The position numbers were made by a program, and so were the translations under genes. Shown piece after piece: positions 22,232-34,368 of a stretch of DNA of 64,000 nt (positions are counted from its first letter, which is position 1; each line of letters opens with the position of its first letter). Origin of the DNA: Azolla caroliniana (Eukaryota > Plantae > Polypodiophyta); NCBI GenBank assembly GCA_043228905.1, contig JBHGNT010000018.1, positions 11,780,001 to 11,844,000 of the forward strand. Reading direction: 5' to 3'. Below the pieces are notes generated by a model. That model was not told where the DNA came from. It searched no databases and was given only the letters and a program-made list of their open reading frames with translations.

Positions 22232-25200
22232 GTGTCTTAACACTATATCTCTCTTTCAGTCTCTTTTTCTTGACAGTTTGGATCAATTTTTTCATTTCTT
22301 CCTCTTCCACGAACCCTAACAAGTTCTCTTCTTTCTTCTCCTCTCGCGCCGTAAGCTATGGAGTCCGTGAGCAAATAGGAATATATGCGTGTTCTATCTG
22401 ACCTCGACATGCTCACGAATAAATTTGTGGCATTAGAGCATGAAAATCAAAGGCATAGGGGGCTCAGAACTCCCATAGAGAACCAAAGATTAGCCTCCCC
22501 GCCAAGTTTGATGGTACAAGGTCTTTATTTCGAGGCTTTTTGGATCAAGTTGATCTGGTTATTCAGCTACATCCTAATCGTTACCCAACTAACGTTACTC
22601 GTGTGGGATTAGTGGGAACCTTGCTACGGGGTACAACATTAGCATGGTTTGCACCACTACTCGAGAAGAAATCACTATTGTTGGAGGATTTTGAGGCATT
22701 TGTTAAGGAGTTTTAAGCTAGTTTTGGAGGCACCAACAACACTAGGACGGCAATAAACAAGATTCAAAGGCTTCGACAAGGAGATCGTCCCGCGTTGGCT
22801 TACGCAACTTATTTCCCTCTCTTGACCTGTGATATCCCTTGGGATGAGGGAGCCTTAATGGATCAATTATATCAAGTCAAGATCTTCTTCTTACTTTCCA
22901 TGAAGATCTGAAGTCTCTTACAGAGGCCATTAGTTGAGCCGTGCGATGTGATAGTCACCTATTTGAGCGACGTTTTGAGCGCCAACAAATGTTATGCCGC
23001 CAACCAGAACAGGCTTATGTTTCTATAGTCGCAATGCCTCCAAATATTTCCAACCCCATTACAAGGGATGGCCCAACTCTGATGGAAATAAAGTCAACAC
23101 AACGTCGAGGGCCTTTATTAGATGATGAGAAGCAATGACATCGAGCCCACTGCCTATGCTTATATTGTGGCGGTCTAGGACATATAGTCATGAATTGTCC
23201 ACATAAACCTAGACGTCAAGTATACCAAGTAAGTGCACATGACACCCCTACTTCGAGTTCCATTGTTACATCTAATAACATAAGTAAGCCTAATAGTTCA
23301 TGCCATGAGAATAGATTCGATTGCTTGAGCCAATTAGAGGACGTATTAAACAAGTAAGTCCGGCCGTAATAGGAGCCATTTGGTTGGAACATCCTAGCTA
23401 TGTAGAGTTAGTTCCTAGTCGTGGTTCCATTTCATCAAATCAAGTGAGTAGAGTTTCTTTTGCACAAGTTGACCTTACCACATCTACATGTCATTGAGTC
23501 CTAGCCTCTGCCCTCCTAGATTCTGGAGCCAACTCTTGTTTCATGGATCATGAATTTGCATTGTAACAAAACATCCTCTTTAATAAGCTTCCAAAACCAA
23601 TAGCCATAGGATTCATTGATGGCCGTCCCATATAGTTCTTGGCGATTTGGCAAGCATAATCTCTTTCAACTTTATTCGCAGTACGGAACACCCAATAGTT
23701 CTAGGTCTCCCTTGGTTTGAACTCCATAACCCGAATGTTGATTGGATAAAAAGAACAATTGAGGAGACCCATGAAAAAAGAACGAAGCTCGCATCCCTCA
23801 AATCTTTGACATTTGATACTAGATCCCATAAGTTATCGACCATCTCTCTACATCAGTTACATTAGGAAGGGGGGAATGAGGACATGTTCGTATTCGCAAT
23901 AGTAACAACTCCATCATCCACCTTACGTGAAGTGGACATTAAACTACTAGAGAAATAGAAAGAGTTCTTGGACATCTTTGATAAGGTGAAGGCCAATACA
24001 TTGCCGGAGCATTGGCCATATGATTGCCTTATTGACTTCTAACCAGGGAAAGAACCTCCATGGGGACCAATTTATAATCTCTCCCCTATAGAGCTAGAGA
24101 CTTTGCGGGAATATATCGACGAGAATCTGGCAAACGGATTCATTCGGCATTCTAGATCCCCTACTGGTGCACCTATCTTCTTCGTTAAGAAAAATAATGG
24201 GTCTCTTTGGTTGGTTGTGGATTATCGAGGGTTAAACAAAGTGACTATCTGGAATATATATGCTCTACCGTTAATTCGGAATCTTTTGGAACGTCTCAGT
24301 GGAGCAAATATTCCACGAAGTTGGACCTTTGCGGTGCATATAATCTAGTTCGGATTCGTCCGAGGGATGAATGGAAGACTGCTTTTCGCACTTGCTATGG
24401 ACATTTCGAGTATATTGTGATGCCATTCATTCTCACGAATGCACCTCCAGTTTTCCAGCATATGGCGAATGATACTTTTCGAGATTTTCTCGATATCTTC
24501 ACTATAGTTTACCTAGATGATATTTTGATCTACTCGAAGACCCAAGAGGAGCATGATGAACATGTTCGTTAGGTAATACGTCGACTATGAGAATATGGTC
24601 TCTACGCAACATTAGAAAACTTTAGTTTCGGCTAGAATCAAGTGGAATTTTTGGGGTATGTTGTATCATCAGATGGTATTGCTATGGACCCCATGAAGGT
24701 TCAAGCAATTTTAGAGTGGCAGATGCCCCTTTCAATGTGCGATGTTAATGTTTTCTCGGGTTTGCAAATTTTTATTGCAAATTTATTAAAAATTATTCCA
24801 AGGTCGTGCTTCCGCTCACTCAACTCATACACAAAAATCAACCATCTATATGGAGTTCAGATGTAGCTGAGGCATTTGAAAGCTTAAAATGAGCATTTAC
24901 AACGACACCTATTTTAGCACATGTCGACCCAACAAAACACTTTATCCTTGAAGTTGATGCATTCAATGTTGCACTAGGGAATGTCCTATTGCAGATTGGA
25001 GATGATGGATAGCACCACCCTGTCGCCTTTCATTCCTGAAAGTTTGAAGCTGCAGAGATTAACTACGAGATCCATGACAAAGAACTTCTTGCAATTGTGG
25101 ATTCTTTTCAACAATGGTGACATTTTCTAGAAGGTTCTTCTAAGCAGACCATTGTCTACAACAATCATAAGAACCTAACATATTTCCAAAATGCTCGAGT

Positions 25201-27121
25201 CTTGAGTCGGCGACAAGCCCAGTGGGCGCAATTTTTTACTCACTTCGATTTTGTCATCATATATCGCCCTGGGATGCAGCAAGGCAAAGCAGATTCTCTT
25301 TCCCAACGCTCTTATATGGAACTTCATCCAGGGGAACCTGCATTTGAGCATAAAAAACAAATCATTTTGGGTCCTGATCGTCTACAATTAATGGTAGTTA
25401 ATGCCATAACAACACTTGAAGATTCGACGCTTCTTGATTCCATTCGAGATCATATGGCCATTGATGAATTCGCCAAGGATGTTTTGGATCATATCGTCCC
25501 GGATCGTACTTCTTTCTCGCAGTCATAAAACCCTCGTAATGACTATTGTCAATTCTATTAGCATGGTGGTTTTCTATTTCGACAAAACCTACTGTATGTT
25601 CCTGATGGTCCTGCACGACTACAAGTTTTACAACATTTCCACAACTCACCAATGGATAGACATTTTGGAGTTCGCAAAACTCTAGAATTAGTTTCTCGAC
25701 AATCTTGTTGGCCTCGCGGCTTTTGTTTCAACAAAACCTAATGTATGTTCCTAATGGTCCCCCACGACTACAAGTTTTACAACATTGCCATGACTCACCA
25801 ATGGTTAGAAATTTTGGAGTTCCCAAAACTCTAGAATTAGTTTCTCGACAATATTGGTGGCCTTGCCTTCGTCATTTTGTTGAGGAGTATGTTCGCAGTT
25901 GTGATACATGTTGTCGATCAAAGAGTCCTCGACACCGATCCTATGGCTTACTACAACCACTTCCCATTCGGGAAAATCCTTAGAAGTTTATATCCTTCGA
26001 TTTCATTACCAATCTCCCAGTTTCAGAAGGTTTTGATGCAATTCTCATGGTGGTTGATCGACTTACCAAAATGGCACATTTCTTGCCATGTACGAAGTCT
26101 ATTACTAGTCAAGAGGCAGTCGATCTAGTTATGCGAGTAGGTGTCATGGTCTTCCGGATGATATTATTAGTGATTGTGGTCCACAATTCATCTCAAAGTT
26201 TTGGAAGCACATGTTCAAACTTCTTTGAATTTCGGCTAAGCTTTCTTCGGGCATTCATCTCAAGACTAATGGCTAAACTGAGCGTACCAACCAGACTTTG
26301 AGCAATATCTTCGTTGTTTCATCAATTACCAACAAGATGATTGGGTTGATTTTTTGCACTTGGCTGAATTCGCTTACAACAACTCAGTCCATTCTTCTCA
26401 AAGATATTCCTCATTTTTCGCAAATACGGGTTGTCATTCTCAATGGATGATGAATGCGCATCCTAACATTCCTACCAACCCTGTTGTTGAGGATTGTCTT
26501 AGTTGACTCCAAGAAATTCATGCTACCATTCTCCACAATTTACATGATGCTCAAGTTACACACAAGAGGCTTCCGGATCGTCATCGCCTAGACTCCTCCA
26601 AAAAGTTCTAGGTTGGGGATCGTGTATGGCTTCTCCAACACAACATCAAGACCACTCGGCCTTGCAGTAAATTGGATTACCAACGTTTTGGCCCGTGCAT
26701 GATCACTAGTAAGATAAGTGATGTTGCATTTCGTCTTAGCCTCCATCCACACATGCGTCTTCATTTGGTGTTTCATGTATCCCTTTTAGAACCTTAAACC
26801 ACAAGTTCAATTCCGGGCCATCTTACAACTCCCCCACCACCTATTGAGTTCTTGGAAGGCCTTGAATTTGAGGTTGCTAGCATTCTCAATTCTAAAATTG
26901 TGCGCAAAAAGTTGAATTACTTGGTTGATTAGTTAGGCTATACCCCCAATGATCGAACTTGGGAACCTGCAGCAAATCTTTCCGATGCCGTAGACATGGT
27001 CACCACATTTCATTGACAATATCCTAGTACAAACTTACAATCTGTGAGACGTGTCGTCGAAGAAAGGGGATAGTGTCATGATGACACTCACATTATGCCT
27101 CGAAAGGATTTGAACCCATGG
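21797..27121 (+). mobile_element. Chromoviral Ty3/Gypsy element G (Tcn1/Tf1-like), decayed, 3' LTR truncated
   Basis: 5' LTR 21797-22275 (TGTCA...TGACA, TATAAATA at 22074). PPT AGAAAGGGGATAG at 27061-27073. First about 48 nt of the 3' LTR at 27074-27121. No tRNA-type PBS. Confidence 0.88.
22358..27060 (+). pseudogene. Element G gag-pol with C-terminal chromodomain
   Basis: Protease LLDSGANS, RT ([21 protein letters not shown]), RNase H (RQAQWAQF, KADSLS), integrase ([11 protein letters not shown]), chromodomain EFEVASILNS..YLVD..TWEP near 26865-27020. Confidence 0.88.
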
Positions 27122-28109
27122 CGGTTATGACTAATCTCCCCCGGTTTCTTTATGTTTCTATGTTTTTTTAGTGGAAGATCTGTTCTCCCCCGGTTTTATC
27201 CCCGTTTAGGGTTTCAACGTTAATCACTGTGTATTGTGCATTTGCTGTTTTCTGTCTTTCCATGATATTGTGTATTTCGAGTAAGTGTTTTTCATCGATC
27301 TGTGGATCCAATCTCAACAAACTGGTATCAGATCTTGAGGTGCAAGCATGGAAGGAGGTGTTAATGGCTTACCAGGTATGATACTTCTAAACTCTCAGAA
27401 CTATGTAGATTGAAAGATAAAGATGGAAGACCTTCTCATAGTCAAAGACCTGTACGAGCCCATCGATAGAGCAGAAATACCCAGGGGGTCATTAGAGTCT
27501 GAATGGAAACTTCTAAACAAAAAGGCGGTGGCCACCATCAGACAGTGTCGATGTAAGTGTCCTTCAACATGTGGCGAATGACACAAATGCCCAAGAGATG
27601 TGGCAGAAGCTGTCAGGCCTATATGAGAGGAAGAACGCCCTCAACAAAACATCTTTGATGAGAAAGATTGTGAGGCTGAAATACAGGGACAGAGAAAGCA
27701 TAGTCGAAAACATAAGCACATTCATGGGGTAAATGAACCAACTTGTGGCAACCAAGTTTCCCCTTGAGGATGCAATGTAGGCCATCCTACTACTGTGTAG
27801 CCTACCGGACAACCGGGAGAATCTGGTGGTGACTCTCAACACCTCGTGTCAAGACGAGAACTTGTCTCTTCAAGCGGTAAAGACAAGCATCTTGAATGAG
27901 GAGACAACAAGGAAGGACAAGGGTCTCTTATCCCAATCGGAGTCAAACTTGATTCAACATACCGGTAGAGGAAGGAACCGGTAAAGAAGTCCAGAAAGAA
28001 GAGACAAGTCCCAAGCCAAGTCCAAGTCTAGAGGAAAATTGACATGCTTTTATTGTGGAAAGCTTGGGCACTTCTAGAAGGAGAGCCGACACCTTAGGAA
28101 GGACAAGAG
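27122..28109 (+). mobile_element. Copia fragment H: partial 5' LTR, iMet PBS and gag
   Basis: LTR ends TCTCAACA at 27319. PBS TGGTATCAGA at 27323-27332. gag from about 27348 to zinc knuckle CFYCGKLGHF, then cut by element I. Confidence 0.82.
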
Positions 28110-30629
28110 TGTTGTTGAGAGACAAGCTCAACATGGGCCAAATCGGTTGTAGAAGCTAAGAGGCGAATCGGTTGGAGACCGCGATCGACTAGGCCCAAAT
28201 CGGCTGAAGAAGCCAAAAGCCGAGTGCCGAGAGCCAAATCAAATAGAGTTCGATTCGGGTATGCTGAGTCGGAGGGATTCTGGTAGGCCATTGGAGAATA
28301 TATTCCTAGTTTAGTAAATAGGAATATGATGGGCAGAATTAGTGTTAGGCTCATTTATGAGCATTCAAGTACTAATCGTACTTGTGTCAACCCACTTGTC
28401 AGGGCTTGTATAAAAAGTGCTCATTGAGCACAGTGTATGTACAGAGTGTTCATTATTTGAAATTGAAGTGTTGTCTACTCTCTCTGTCTCTCTCACATTG
28501 TGTGTCTATTCTCTGTGTTTACCTAACCATCAAGTTCCGAACAATCGACTGTGTACTTGATGTCTATCGCACACGCTTCCGCACACCAATCTTTCACATG
28601 GGATCAGAGCGCGAGGGTTGAAAATCCTCTTTAGCCGATAGAAAAGCAAGCAAACAAGACAGAGACAAGGTTTCTCGTTTTTGGAAAAGAAAAGGTAGGA
28701 ACATGGACAGAGGAATGGGAAGCTCACTTCCAACCAAAAAGCTTGATAGGAGCAACTACGCATCTTGGTCATACAAGATGCATGAGTACATGCTCGAGCA
28801 TGGTTATTGGAGTTATGTCAAAGGAGCAAATGGTGCAGCCAAATGATGCAGCACCGGAGTCAACACACAGAGCTTTCCCGGCCTTTGTTCTCTACTGCTT
28901 TGCATCCTTTGTGAGCGACCAACTTTTGAGCTATATTTGGGACTCCAAGACGCCGAAGGATGCTTGGGGAAATCTGAAGAAGATCTTCGCCGTGAACACC
29001 ACAGCTAGAAAGTTTTAACTCGGACAAGACTTGAGCAATGTTCAGCAACGAGATATGTCAGTGGTTGACTACACCTCCAAAATCAAGGAGATCTGGAACT
29101 CTCTCGCCTCTGTCAACATGAATGTCGAGGAAGAAATGGTGCACCTTTTCCTCAAAGGGTTGGAGTCGAAGTTTGGAGCATTCCAAATGGCAGTCTACAC
29201 AAGGGAGAATCCACCTTCGTTTTTCAAGCTACAATCGATGTTGCTCGTAAAAGAAAACCACTCGAACGCGTCGACAAGTATGCACACCGATAGTAAGATG
29301 TTGTACACGAAGAAAAATAGGCCCCGTGGTCGTGGTCGATGAGGCGGGTTGGCAAGCAATGCAGGCAACCGACGTGAGCAGAACTCGAGGCATAATCGAA
29401 ATGCCGACAATAGTTTTGAACCCTCCACAAGTAGCGGGAGTCAAGGCGGTGCCGGAGGTCGGCAAGTAAAGGTCGCGAAGGAATTTTGGTAATATGGCTG
29501 GAAGAACCACAAAGAGAGCAAGTGATGGAAAAAGCGAATCGGTTAAGACAAGGCTGGATCGAGCTGAGGAGATGCAGATAGGCGTCAAAGATCGCACTAC
29601 ACCGAAGACTCAGGAGGGCAAGCCAAAACGGGCCCAACCTTTGTAATGAAGCACAAAGCCAACTTGATGGCAGTGAACACCTCAAGGTGTGGTATGTGGA
29701 TTTGGGCGCATTGAACCACATGATGAATCACAAGGCGTGGTTCTTGACTCTAGAGAAGCCCAGCTGTCGTGACTCTTGAGTAGGCATTTCTTATCTCTCA
29801 CTTATACTTTTCTCTCTCTCGCACTCTCTCCCTCTTTCACTCTCTTTCTATCACTATCGCTATCTCTACCGCTCTCGCCATCTCTATCGTTATCGTTATC
29901 TCTATCGCCATCGCTCTCTCTCTCTGCTTCCTACTCAAGAGTCACGACAGTTTGAACCGAATGAGTTGTGATGAGTGTATGGACTCTTATTTATAGGCCC
30001 TTATGGAGTATTCTAGAATGTTCTAGAATATTTTAGATATTTATGAATAATAATAATAATAAATATAATCATGAAATATTCAAGAACATTCTAGAATAAT
30101 CTAGAATGTTCTAAATATCTCGTAATAACTAAACATATAATTATTATGATTACATCTCACATATGTTATTACAATGGTTAAAGTACAATATGTAAACCAA
30201 GAGGTTATGGGTTCGATTCCTGGTTCGCCAAGATGAATGTCATGATAAGCCAAGATGTATGTCTTCATGACACCAGCCAGCTGGGGGTCGTTGAAACTAG
30301 CAATGACAACCCTCACCCCATCGAACATATCGGAGATGTCCCTCTAAGCCATGTCGGCCAAAAGGGAATAATGAGAAATGTCTTGCATGTGCAAACAATC
30401 ACCAACAACTTGGTGTCAGTCGGACAAATTGTCGACTAGGGCATGCAAGTCGATTTACTCATCTCATGTGTTTCATCAAAGAAGAAGGCAAGATCATCGC
30501 GCAAGGGCATCGAGAAGGGAGGATGTTTATCCTCGAAACGAATGACGTAGGCACAACTATGTTCGCCAAGGGGAAAGAAATCAAATCGGATATTGACCTA
30601 TGGCACAAGCGGTTCAACTACGTTAACTT
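28110..30629 (+). mobile_element. Copia fragment I: 5' LTR, PBS, gag, protease, pre-integrase; 3' part lost; contains solo LTR J
   Basis: LTR 28110-28598 (TGTTGTTGAG...TTTCACA). PBS TGGGATCAGAGC. gag from 28703. VWYVDLGA protease, LWHKRF. Same family as element P. Confidence 0.85.
29765..30272 (-). mobile_element. Solo LTR J (chromovirus family related to G)
   Basis: TG...CA ends and perfect TSD CCAGC (29760-29764, 30273-30277). Shares TTCTAGAA repeats and TATA layout with G's LTR, in reverse orientation. Confidence 0.9.
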
Positions 30630-31858
30630 CCTGTCCGGGGTAAGGTGGAACGATGCTTTGGAGTCTACCACCCAGGTCATCTCGTCGCCGGCAAGGTTTA
30701 TCTCACTCTCCTCGGTGATGAGCATCAACTCTTCTTCACTTGCCGCGATTGCCGTCGTTCCCTTCCGGTCCGGCCCCCTCCGGTCTTTACCGTTCCGGTC
30801 CGGGGTCCGCTTCGAATCGATACCGTCAGTCTCCTTATCTTTTCGGAAATGCCGACAGTTCTTTTGGAAGTGTCCCGGCTTGCCGCAATAGAAGCAAATG
30901 GGCCTCCCCCTTGACTTTGACCGTGTCCCCGACTTCTCCCGGTTCTGGGGACTACCGAAACTTGATTAACAGCATTTTTGTTTTGAAACATTATGCCGAT
31001 CTTCTCCCAGAGCTCTTGAGCCTTGCTCTCTTCATTGAAGTTGTTGTATAAGCTCATGTCGATGAAGCACCGTATGTATGCCGTTGTCTTCATGTGCATC
31101 ACCTCCCATATTGTGGCGTCGATCTTGTTCGGTCTCTTGTCCCCGAACTGAACCGATAACCAAAGATCTTTAATCACGAGCATGTCCCTCATCTTCGACT
31201 TCCACACTGAATAGTTGGAGCCGGTGAGCTTGAACATGCCGCCAAACGATTCGTCCATTTTCTGTGTCGTTTCGCTCTGATACCACTTGACGGGAACAAC
31301 ACGCTCCCTATACGCAACGCTCGGCCTCAACCGAGCTTAGAATCATGCACAGAAAACGGGAAATAAATGCACGACACAGTGAAGAGAAGTGTACACGGGA
31401 TGTTTACGTGGAAAACCCAAACTAAGGGAAAAACCACGGCAGCCCCCAGGCTGCAAACTATCACTATGTTAGAATGTACAACAGTGAGTTCACAGAGGCA
31501 ACGACCTCGTGCTCACGATCTTCGCCACAGGCGGCGGTTACAACAAAGGCAACAACCTCTTTCTCTCTCTCTCTCTCTGAACACAGTTACACGCTCTCTC
31601 TTTTCTTGCACCAACAAGAAATGACAACACCAACTAAAAGTTTGCCCTAAGTCATATTTATACTAATATGACTTTTCGGCTATTTACAAATGTAGCCACG
31701 ATGGACTCTCAGAAACATATTTACAAATATGTCTCTTCATCCGGAGAGTATTCCTCACCGGGTCTGCACCATCCGGCTCTCCGTAGTCGGGTACTCCTCA
31801 TCCGGTTTCTTCGGCATTGTTCTTCTCTTTTCCATCCGGAGGGACCTGTCTCCCAACA
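30630..31858 (-). mobile_element. Copia fragment K (family of L): 5' LTR, PBS, internally deleted gag, protease start
   Basis: LTR 31288-31858. PBS TGGTATCAGAGC at 31274-31285. MDESFGGMFKLTGSNY matches L. About 330 bp of gag missing near 30957 relative to L. Confidence 0.88.
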
Positions 31859-33687
31859 CCTCCGAAGATGAGGTCCAAGTCAGCCAAGAGGGCCACGAAA
31901 TCGGCGAACCAAAAGTTGCGCCGATCCACCTGCCAAAAGAATCCCATAATTCGGTATGGGTACAATGAGTAAAAACCTGGACACTTCTAGAAGGACTACC
32001 TACACATGAGAAAAGACAAGAGTGTCGGAAACAATGTCGAACCTCGGAAGATCCCGGATGAAAAGAACACTTCGGCCATTGCTACGAGCAATGCAGAAAT
32101 GTTGTTCATCTGTGAACAGACAAGTGCAAACCTTGAAAGTGAAGAATGCACTTGGGTGATCGACTCCGGCGCATCTTTTCACATTACTCCGTCGAGAGAG
32201 TATTTCTTGACTTACATAGTTGGGGATCATGGTTATGTAAAGATGGGTGATAGGGGAGAGTGCAAGATAATCGGAGTCGGAAGTGTGTGCTTAATGACGT
32301 CGATAGGGTGTCGACTAATGTTGAAGGATGTTCGACACGTCCCCGATATCAGATTGAATCTGATATCGACTGGAAGGCTTGACGACGAAGGCTACAATGG
32401 TAGTTTTCGGAATGGCAAGTGGAAGTTCTGTCGAGGAAATCTTATAGCGGCTCGAGGACAAAAAGAAGGCACATTGTACATGATGCATGCCCGACTGTGC
32501 AAATCGGAAGTAAACGTGACAGCCGACTTGGCAGGGGAGATATGGCATAAGGGGCTAGGCCACATGAGTGAGAAGGGAATGCACCTGTTAGCAAACCAGA
32601 AACTTCTACCAGAAGTCAAGGGAGTGCACCTGGAGAAGTGTGTTGACTGCTTAGCTGGAAAGCAGAACAGGGCGGCATTCCACACAAGACCACCGAGAAG
32701 AAGAGATGTTGCACTGGAACTAGTGCACACGGATGTGTGCTATGTGGATGCTCCATCACATCGAGGAGGACAGTACTTTGTAACATTTATTGATGACTAT
32801 AGTCGGAAGACATGGGCCTTCGTACTAAAGTCGAAGGATCAAGTACTGTCGGTTTTCAAGGAATTCCAGGCAAGAACCGAAAGAGAGTTGGGTTGGAAAC
32901 TGAAGGTTGTCCGAACCGACAACGGTGGCGAATACAAAGGGCAGTTCGAAGAATACTACAAGAGCCAAGGTATTTGAATCGAATACACAGTACTAAAGAC
33001 CCCAGAGTTGAATGGGCTTACAGAGAGAAGGAATCGAACAATCATGGAGAGAGTAAGGAGCATGCTCTCCCATGCAAAACTGCCGAAATCCTATTGGGCT
33101 GAGGCGATGTACACAATTGTTTATCTGATCAACACGTCTCCCTCAGTACCATTAAAGGGTGATGTCCCACAGAGGCTATGGACAAGGAAGGATGTCTCCT
33201 ACTAACACCTGAGGGTGTTCGGATGTTTGGCGTATATGCATGTACCAAAGGATCCGAGGTCAAAGCTTGACAACAAGTCGAAAGCATGCATATTCATGGG
33301 ATACTCAGAAGATGAGTTCGGCTACAGGTTGTGGGACTTACTCGATAGGAAGGTACTGAGAAGTTGGGATGTAGTCTTTCTAGAAGATAAGACAATTGAA
33401 GACTGGAAGCAATAGAAGTTGGAACCGACTCCCCAGTCAACCTCGACTACTATTGACTTAAGGCCAAATGTGTCGTCACCGGTAGCTATAAGGAGACAGC
33501 TGGCTAACAGAGCCGAATCCGAGTCGCTCGACTCAGAAAGACCGAAAAACTATGAGTTAGAGTCGGTAGAACTCCTAAAATCAATTGAGGAATATGAGTT
33601 GGAGCTATCCAACCTGAAGATGCCGATTGATGAGCAGAATCCCGAGCAAAGAGAAGAGTTGGCAGAGATGTTGGGAGACAGGTCCCT

Positions 33688-33875
33688 CTGGATGGTGCAG
33701 ACCCAGTGAGAACCGGATGAGGAGTAGCCGGCTACGGAGAGCCGGATGGTGCAGACCCGGTGAGAACCGGATGAGGAGTACCCGACTACAGAGAGCCGGA
33801 TGGTGTAGACCCGATGAGAACCGGATGAGGAGTACCCGGCTACGGAGAACCGGATGGTGCAGACCCGGTGAGGAA
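33688..33875 (+). repeat. 54-bp tandem repeat in the U3 region of L's LTR
   Basis: GATGGTGCAGACCCGGTGAGAACCGGATGAGGAGTACCCGGCTACGGAGAGCCG: about 3.4 copies in the 5' LTR, about 2.4 in the 3' LTR. Confidence 0.9.
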
Positions 33876-34368
33876 TGCTCACCGGATGAAAAGACATATT
33901 CGTAAATATGTTTCTGAGAGTCCATCGAGGCTATATTTGTAAATAGCCGAAAAGTCATATTAGTATAAATATGACCTAGGGCAACTTTTAGTATTGTAGT
34001 TGTTATTCTTGTTGGTGCAAGAAGAAGAGAGAGCGCGTAACTGTGTTCAGAGAGAGAGAGAGAGAAAGAGGTCGTTGCCTCTGTTGTAACCGCCGCCTGT
34101 GGCGAAGATCGTGAGCATGAGGTTGTTGCCTCCGTGAACTCACTGTTATACATTCTAACATAGTGCTAGTTTGCAGCCTGTGGGCTGCCGTGGTTTTTCC
34201 CCTTAGTTTGGGTTTTCCATGTAAACATCCTGCGTACTCGTCTCCTCTTCGTGTCGTTCATTATTTCCCGTTTTCTATGTATGAATCTAAGCTCGGTTGT
34301 GGCCGAGCGTTGTGCATAAGGAGCGTTGAGTTCCCGTCAAGTGGTATCAGAGCAAAACGACACAGAAA

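Noticed and set aside
25575-25855. About 150-bp tandem duplication in G pol, and a 20-bp one at 41969-42008
   Set aside because: Ordinary decay of dead copies; no functional implication seen.
27122-33668. H and M as two halves of one interrupted Copia element
   Set aside because: Both contain the gag zinc-knuckle/KDKSV region with different sequence, so they are separate copies.
33688-33875. CRISPR-like periodic repeat
   Set aside because: Head-to-tail repeats without unique spacers, inside a eukaryotic LTR, with no cas genes.
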